Shown: piece after piece, positions 38,301 to 43,364 of the stretch | Layout of the letters: each line of letters begins with the position of its first letter | How positions within the stretch are numbered: position 1 is the stretch's first letter | Position numbers and translations under genes: made by a program | Notes under the pieces: model-generated | Databases searched by the model: none | What the model was told of the DNA's origin: nothing | What the model saw: the letters and a program-made list of their open reading frames with translations, nothing else | IMG/VR virus record: IMGVR_UViG_3300028840_000561 | Location: 1-43,364 of that record | Length of the DNA stretch: 43,364 nucleotides | Reading direction: 5' to 3' (one strand) | From: a virus | Lineage: Duplodnaviria > Caudoviricetes

Positions 38301-38700
38301 ATGCTAGAGGGTCAGGTCTATCACCTTGAAGTATCTCATCTACTCCAGGGTGTTCCATGCGTTCCTCAAGAGGTTCGTCTATATCTTCCTGGTCTTCGTT
38401 GTGATTAGGAGGAGCAGGTTCACCGTCATCAAATGCACATTCATGGGGAACTACAGTTATGTTGTAGTCACCATTATCATCTATGTTATTACTCTCAATG
38501 TCTAGCTCTTCACCACACTCAGAACACTCAAGATAGTAAGGCTGCTTATCCATGTGTTCTTCTATGTTAATAGTTACTCCCTCAACAAAGCTATCTTTCT
38601 GCTTCTTGATAGCTTGAACTACTGCATCTGCAGCTTCATCCCACAGTACCTCAAGCTCTTCTTCGATAGCATCTGTAAGAAACTTGTAATTCTCTGGCAT
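38290..38700 (-). CDS. acidic zinc-ribbon protein (paralogue of 36487..36684)
   Basis: AGGAG SD; HMDKQP..CSECG..PHEC. Confidence 0.7.
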   Translation of the reverse strand: MPENYKFLTDAIEEELEVLWDEAADAVVQAIKKQKDSFVEGVTINIEEHMDKQPYYLECSECGEELDIESNNIDDNGDYNITVVPHECAFDDGEPAPPNHNEDQEDIDEPLEERMEHPGVDEILQGDRPDPLAFGE

Positions 38701-38709
38701 TTCAATCTC

Positions 38710-38922
38710 CTAGCCAAATGTTTTATCTTGACAGCTCTGGCACATACCAGATATCGTAAACTCTTTACGTGAAAGCTCATCCTTGAACTCACTAGCATCT
38801 TCACCACATATAACGCATGCATTTCTTGCTATGCTACCAGTCCTGCTTCTACCAAAAGATTTGAGACTCATATCATCTAGCTGTTCTTCCATCTTAGCAG
38901 ATTTTTCAGAAGGTTCAGACAT
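38710..38922 (-). CDS. zinc-finger protein
   Basis: CVICG..FKDELSRKEFTISGMCQSCQD. Confidence 0.7.
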   Translation of the reverse strand: MSEPSEKSAKMEEQLDDMSLKSFGRSRTGSIARNACVICGEDASEFKDELSRKEFTISGMCQSCQDKTFG

Positions 38923-38943
38923 TACCTATTCCTTATAATAGGG

Positions 38944-38998
38944 TGACAGGCACAGGCTCGGAGGGTTGGAACTGGGGAAGTTGAGCCTGCACCTGTCA
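38944..38998 (-). other. 16-bp RNA stem-loop (possible processing site)
   Basis: TGACAGGTGCAGGCTC/GAGCCTGTGCCTGTCA; two G-U pairs form only on the minus strand. Confidence 0.6.
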
Positions 38999-39005
38999 AT
39001 GTTAG

Positions 39006-40025
39006 TTATGCAACTTTGAGGTCAGCAAACTGAAGTGCTTTATCCCAAGCTTCCTGCTTGAGAGTACGGGAAACACCAAACCACTGACGATGCAAGCGTG
39101 ACTCACTGACATTGTTACTACCACGAGTACCCTGGTAGTGGTCAGTCCACTGAGTAACGGCATTGTATGCACCCCACAGAGTACCCCTAGCACCTACATC
39201 TACTATGCTAGGTGAACTGTCATGGATAGTACGGAGTTCAGCTCTCTGCTGAATGCGATTGTGCTTGACTTTCTCCTTCTCCTCAGGAGTAGTAGCAAAC
39301 ACAACTTGTCCGTTCTCATCTTCGTCAGGGAATAGGGTAAAGAAGTAAGTGTTAAGAAGCTTGTCCGTCACTTGCTTAGACGCAAGGTACTTTGACTGTG
39401 CTTCAAAGTCAGTAAAGTACTTAGCTGCCAAGCCAAGTGTCTTCTTAGCATCTTCTACCCTTTGGTGCATAGAGTGTGTATGTCTGATAGATACTATACT
39501 GTCTGCTCCACTGACTGCAGCAGAGAGTGTATTCCAACATACAACCCTAATAGGAGTGAGCATAATCTGCAATGAGGAACTACCATCATAACTGTTAGAT
39601 AACAAGAGGTATTTAGCTACCTCATCCTTCTTAGTAATCTGCATGGGAGTTTGACTAAGCTCCACAAGCATCCATATCTTCTTGCCTTTCATCAAGCTAC
39701 CTGCAGTATTATAATGAGCACCTTCCTGCTGCTCCACAATAGCATCTGCTATGGAGAAGCATTCATTAGGTTGGAAAGGAGTATAACGCTTCCCAACTGT
39801 ACCAAGTATAGACTTGTCTGAATCTCTGACTACTGCTACCTTGTCAGGAACTAAGATAGGCTCATTATACTCTGACTTAATGAACATATCACAAAGCTCT
39901 ACGTTCCAGTCTAACTTAGCTAGAATGATAGCTTCCTGAGCCGTAGGTGCTTCCAGTACTTTAGTACCAAGTCCGTGCCAAGGTTCCTGTCCTACATAAA
40001 ACATACTCTCAATTTCGTGTGCCAT
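39006..40025 (-). CDS. DUF932 (TIGR03299-type) phage/plasmid protein
   Basis: MAHEIESMFYV..PWHGLG, YLLLSNSYDGS, TPIRVVCWNTL, GTLWGAYNAVT. Confidence 0.9.
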   Translation of the reverse strand: MAHEIESMFYVGQEPWHGLGTKVLEAPTAQEAIILAKLDWNVELCDMFIKSEYNEPILVPDKVAVVRDSDKSILGTVGKRYTPFQPNECFSIADAIVEQQEGAHYNTAGSLMKGKKIWMLVELSQTPMQITKKDEVAKYLLLSNSYDGSSSLQIMLTPIRVVCWNTLSAAVSGADSIVSIRHTHSMHQRVEDAKKTLGLAAKYFTDFEAQSKYLASKQVTDKLLNTYFFTLFPDEDENGQVVFATTPEEKEKVKHNRIQQRAELRTIHDSSPSIVDVGARGTLWGAYNAVTQWTDHYQGTRGSNNVSESRLHRQWFGVSRTLKQEAWDKALQFADLKVA

Positions 40026-40050
40026 TTTACTACCCCCCTATCGAATAAGG

Positions 40051-40377
40051 TTAGAACTCACGTGAGTTCTTTAACGTACACTCTACATCCTTCATGGTAT
40101 TGCGTATACAAGCTATGTTTGTTCTCAACGTGCCTACTTCTAACTTAAGTTCGTTGTTTTCTTGCACTACTTCAACATAGTCAGGTCTTACATCGCCTTG
40201 AGAGTTCATCAGCTTACGATGTAGTGAAGCAGCTTCAAACGTATTACGCATAATCAAGCCAATGAGTGCAGCTATGTCCCTAGCACACTGGTCAGGGTCA
40301 TCTGCCTTGTTAATATTTTCTATGGCAGTCATTATGCTACGTTCTAAGCTGTTCCTAGTTGTCTCAGTTACTTTCAT
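40051..40377 (-). CDS. hypothetical coiled-coil protein
   Basis: GGGAGG SD. Confidence 0.65.
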   Translation of the reverse strand: MKVTETTRNSLERSIMTAIENINKADDPDQCARDIAALIGLIMRNTFEAASLHRKLMNSQGDVRPDYVEVVQENNELKLEVGTLRTNIACIRNTMKDVECTLKNSREF

Positions 40378-40380
40378 TGG

Positions 40381-40551
40381 CTATCCTCCCAGTTTACGTG
40401 CAAAGCAAGTAAGAATGTCAACTCCACAGTTACCAGTATTAATAACTGTACAGTTCTGGTTGAGAGCAGCTCCCTTAATCAAGAGCTTAACTCCCTCAGT
40501 CATGCACCTAACAGATTCTCTAGCTATGTCAGTATGTTCAAGACCAGTCAC
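40381..40551 (-). CDS. small hypothetical protein (not in track)
   Basis: AAGGAGG SD and GTG start; fills the gap between neighbours. Confidence 0.5.
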   Translation of the reverse strand: MTGLEHTDIARESVRCMTEGVKLLIKGAALNQNCTVINTGNCGVDILTCFARKLGG

Positions 40552-40855
40552 TTATCTTTTCCTCCTTCCCTATAACACCTGCTTCTGCGAAACTATCTCT
40601 AGTCTTCAAAGCATCTACTCCGTCACCTACTTCATTTCTTAACTCACACTGCCTAATTACTTCCTGCACTGCAAGCTTCCTATTGTTACTACGTGCATGG
40701 AAAGCATCTGAATAATCTCCTGCATTCTTGCCTACTCTCCTAATAGTCCACATGTACCATCCTGCTTCCATAGCCATAGTAGCTACAAAGCAGACATTGT
40801 TAGTGAGGATGAATAACTTCTCCTTGTCACTGTTAACTGCATAGATTCTAGTCAT
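40538..40855 (-). CDS. hypothetical early protein
   Basis: TAATG coupling. Confidence 0.6.
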   Translation of the reverse strand: MTRIYAVNSDKEKLFILTNNVCFVATMAMEAGWYMWTIRRVGKNAGDYSDAFHARSNNRKLAVQEVIRQCELRNEVGDGVDALKTRDSFAEAGVIGKEEKISDWS

Positions 40856-41073
40856 TAGTTATACACCCTTCTGAGTAGCTTTCTGGTTCCATTGCTTCTC
40901 ACTCCCCAGATACTTCCCCTAAAAAGGTTGATGTTACTTGCCCACATCCAGTCAACAGGTCCATATACCTTCTTAAATCTTTTACCATGTACATCTACTC
41001 CTGTAACATGGTACTTAACAAAGAAGTTGGGTACACACTTATGCCAAGGTAGTTTAGTCATTGTTTCCTCCAT
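40855..41073 (-). CDS. hypothetical early protein
   Basis: YHVTGVDVHGKRFK..INLFRGSIW. Confidence 0.65.
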   Translation of the reverse strand: MEETMTKLPWHKCVPNFFVKYHVTGVDVHGKRFKKVYGPVDWMWASNINLFRGSIWGVRSNGTRKLLRRVYN

Positions 41074-41371
41074 TATACACTAGGTCATGTGCTAGTGAGC
41101 CAGGAGACAGTGACTCCTTGCGTACATCGTTGAATGATTGAAGAGGTATGTTGTACCTTGATTCTATATTCATCTCTCCTAATCCAGTTGCTAAGTCTAC
41201 CTCTACAATAGCAACCAAGTCACCATGAGTCATCATGCTAGTATCTACTCCTGCATTGATAACTAACCTTTCACCTAAGTCAATCCCACCTTCTATCCTA
41301 TCACGTACACACTCTTCCATGTGTGCAAGTATCAAACTCAGCGTCTTTAGTTCCTTGTGAGATAGTCTCAT
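41054..41371 (-). CDS. hypothetical early protein
   Basis: GAGGTG SD. Confidence 0.65.
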   Translation of the reverse strand: MRLSHKELKTLSLILAHMEECVRDRIEGGIDLGERLVINAGVDTSMMTHGDLVAIVEVDLATGLGEMNIESRYNIPLQSFNDVRKESLSPGSLAHDLVYNGGNND

Positions 41372-41514
41372 TTCTCACCTCTCTTCCACCTATTAGGACA
41401 ACCTACCTTATGCATAATCCTACCTTTCCAACGAGACTTACAACCGCACTTGCTACATACATACAAGTACATTGCTTGTCTCTCACTGTATACCATTCCC
41501 TCTATTTTACGCAT
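41368..41514 (-). CDS. small zinc-finger protein (48 aa, not in track)
   Basis: AGGAGG SD; CSKC..HKVGC. Confidence 0.65.
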   Translation of the reverse strand: MRKIEGMVYSERQAMYLYVCSKCGCKSRWKGRIMHKVGCPNRWKRGEK

Positions 41515-41523
41515 GTTAACCTC

Positions 41524-41853
41524 CTACGAATAAAAGGTACAAATCTTGTAGCTTTCACCATCACTGCTTACCTTGATAGCTACTCCAGAGAAGAAAGTGT
41601 CGTTCATAACTCCATCCCACTCAGCTAGAGGGTCAATACTTCTTTCGTCTAAGCGAGTTGGTACAGCTTTCTTGGTTGAACACATGAACTCAGAGAGGTG
41701 ATACCATCTACGTCTATAGTGAATGAATAGGTCATCACTTACTCCCTTGTCATCTGTTAACCAGTCAAAGTCTGCAGTTCTTATCTTTCTTGGAACCTCA
41801 TGTCCATACTTAAAGTGCTTCCACTTGTTATCAGTTACTATCTTGAGCATCAT
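41524..41853 (-). CDS. hypothetical early protein
   Basis: aromatic-rich; WYHLSEFM..WDG..DTFFSG. Confidence 0.7.
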   Translation of the reverse strand: MMLKIVTDNKWKHFKYGHEVPRKIRTADFDWLTDDKGVSDDLFIHYRRRWYHLSEFMCSTKKAVPTRLDERSIDPLAEWDGVMNDTFFSGVAIKVSSDGESYKICTFYS

Positions 41854-42215
41854 ACACTCTCCAGACTGCTGCGACTGTGAGCACTAAAGGTCATACCTTC
41901 CTCAAAGGGTATCTTACCAGCATCTTGCAGTGACTTGTCAAACAACTGAACATACCACTGGTTCTTTTCCTGGTATACCTTGAAGTCAAAGTGATACAGC
42001 TCAGCTACTAGGTTAATCCTGCTCTTAGTTACTGGAGTATGCCAGTAGATTCCATCCTTGTCAGTAGTATTGAGAGTAACATTATTACCATCATACTTGA
42101 CTATGACAGTGCCGTGCAACTCAACATGCAAGATACAATCTAACATGTATGCTTCTGTGTTTCCCTTCTTATTCAGTATATCACGTAGCTTGCAACCTTC
42201 ATATTTCTTATTCAT
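41850..42215 (-). CDS. hypothetical early protein
   Basis: VELHGTVIV..WHTPVTKSRIN..VYQEKNQWYV. Confidence 0.7.
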   Translation of the reverse strand: MNKKYEGCKLRDILNKKGNTEAYMLDCILHVELHGTVIVKYDGNNVTLNTTDKDGIYWHTPVTKSRINLVAELYHFDFKVYQEKNQWYVQLFDKSLQDAGKIPFEEGMTFSAHSRSSLESV

Positions 42216-42225
42216 CCCTCACCTC

Positions 42226-42447
42226 CTAGCTAGTAGGGTTGTCAATCTTGTTATCCTTCTGATACTGCCTAACTCCCCTCCTGATGTTATCAAGCATGAA
42301 GTCTAGCACATTGCTGCTAAACTGGAAGCCAGGTTCTTCCTCCCTATGATGACAGAAACAGTCAGCAGCTTGACTGAACTCAAACACTGTCTTGTTAACT
42401 TCGTAAGCTGCTTGACACAGTTCCTTGATGACTTCTTCTTTCTCCAT
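42226..42447 (-). CDS. hypothetical early protein
   Basis: AGGAGGTG SD. Confidence 0.7.
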   Translation of the reverse strand: MEKEEVIKELCQAAYEVNKTVFEFSQAADCFCHHREEEPGFQFSSNVLDFMLDNIRRGVRQYQKDNKIDNPTS

Positions 42448-42478
42448 GACTCACCTCCTACGAATAGGGTTAACTTAC

Positions 42479-42802
42479 TTAAGCTACTCTCTGCTCCCTT
42501 GCCACTCTCTTAATCAGCCCTCTTGTTAACGTGTAAGGTGCAAAGTATATCCTCTGGTTGGTAAAGTGCCTAAACCCTTGCTGTTCATCCACTCTCTTGC
42601 TCAAGTATCTAGCAACTATACACATGGCATCGTTCCTCTTTAGTTGACATACCATGTAAGGTTCTCCGTCCTTATCTAGCAACGTAGCTATCTGACTGTA
42701 CTTGTTCATGCTTGCAAAGTGCCACTTCCATCCTAATAGCTCCCTAATAAATTCATCCGTATTTACTTCCCTGACTCCTTCTTCTTTAATAAATACATGC
42801 AT
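42479..42802 (-). CDS. hypothetical early protein
   Basis: GGGAG SD before ATG 42802. Confidence 0.65.
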   Translation of the reverse strand: MHVFIKEEGVREVNTDEFIRELLGWKWHFASMNKYSQIATLLDKDGEPYMVCQLKRNDAMCIVARYLSKRVDEQQGFRHFTNQRIYFAPYTLTRGLIKRVAREQRVA

Positions 42803-42825
42803 TCTATTTCTCCCTAGCGAATAGG

Positions 42826-42951
42826 TTAAATAGGAATAAAAATGAACTTCCCACACTTGCAAGAAAACTTTCTATGCTTCCTACATGCTTCAAGCGTTAC
42901 CACTTCACCAGTATCTACTGCGAATCTGCCACATTTGCATTTAACTCTCAT
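42826..42951 (-). CDS. small zinc-ribbon protein (41 aa, not in track)
   Basis: AAGGAG SD; CKCG twice. Confidence 0.65.
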   Translation of the reverse strand: MRVKCKCGRFAVDTGEVVTLEACRKHRKFSCKCGKFIFIPI

Positions 42952-42981
42952 TGCTTACTCCTTGCGAAAAGGGTTAAAGAT

Positions 42982-43049
42982 GCCCTTGCCAGTCAAGAAG
43001 CTATATGGTTATCCCTACCACATAGCACCGGGGATAGACTGACAAGAGC
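42982..43049 (-). other. nested RNA stem-loop
   Basis: 13-bp outer and 10-bp inner stems; G-U pairs form only on the minus strand. Confidence 0.6.
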
Positions 43050-43117
43050 TATTTAGTAAAGACTTTAGGGAAGCTTGCAAGCTGTTTTAGTGTGAAGGTT
43101 TACTTGCTTGATACTAC

Positions 43118-43364
43118 TTAGCCGATATTTACTTGCTTGCCTGACATGATACTCTTGGCGGTTTCTTCATCTACGCCCAAAGCATTCATAATGTTCTGAA
43201 CTCCTGCAGTCTTGCTGATGCTGTTGCCGCCTGTACTGTTCAGAGTTTCTTCGAGCTTTTCTTCCTCAATACCCTTTACTTTGGCACAATGCCGGACTAT
43301 CTCAAGGATATCAAGCTTTTCAGAAATGACGTTCAAGTTACTGTTGAAGTATCCACGAATCTGA
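43118..43364 (-). CDS. hypothetical protein spanning the window ends (start at nt 18)
   Basis: frame open to the window end; joins in frame to ATG at 18 (GGGAG SD) if the terminal CTGA is merged. Confidence 0.6.
   Translation of the reverse strand, partial: QIRGYFNSNLNVISEKLDILEIVRHCAKVKGIEEEKLEETLNSTGGNSISKTAGVQNIMNALGVDEETAKSIMSGKQVNIG

Noticed and set aside
40035-42977. CRISPR array interpretation of the repeated motif
   Set aside because: Repeats are short and degenerate, separated by whole genes of variable length; no cas genes
43072-43139. 12-bp palindrome AGCTTGCAAGCT and 12-bp direct repeat TTTACTTGCTTG as operator or att site
   Set aside because: No integrase or repressor found and no convincing promoter; could be chance

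Overview
An apparently complete (circularly permuted) ~43.36 kb tailed-phage genome with two convergent arms. The + arm (0.7-29.0 kb) runs from a putative small terminase through TerL, portal, scaffold, a DUF5309/SU10-like major capsid protein, head-tail adaptor, two holin-like membrane proteins, two beta-helix spike proteins, a tail nozzle-like protein and three ejection-type proteins, the last of 1977 aa with an HExxH motif. This layout suggests a podovirus. The - arm (43.4-29.0 kb, continuing through the window ends from a promoter at 413-441) holds many small Cys-rich early genes, DUF932, a Sak4-like AAA ATPase, a DUF669-like SSB, DnaB and a Holliday-junction-resolvase fusion. I recognised no DNA polymerase, primase, integrase, repressor or endolysin. 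Notable points: three dispersed DUF115/Maf-like (sialyltransferase-fold) paralogues; a family of SD-occluding hairpins before early genes; several structured non-coding elements, including a 76-nt tRNA-like cloverleaf; a post-capsid protein sharing the SSB's C-terminal tip; two apparently frameshifted genes; and apparent GATC avoidance. All product calls come from motifs and synteny read by eye; no searches were run.
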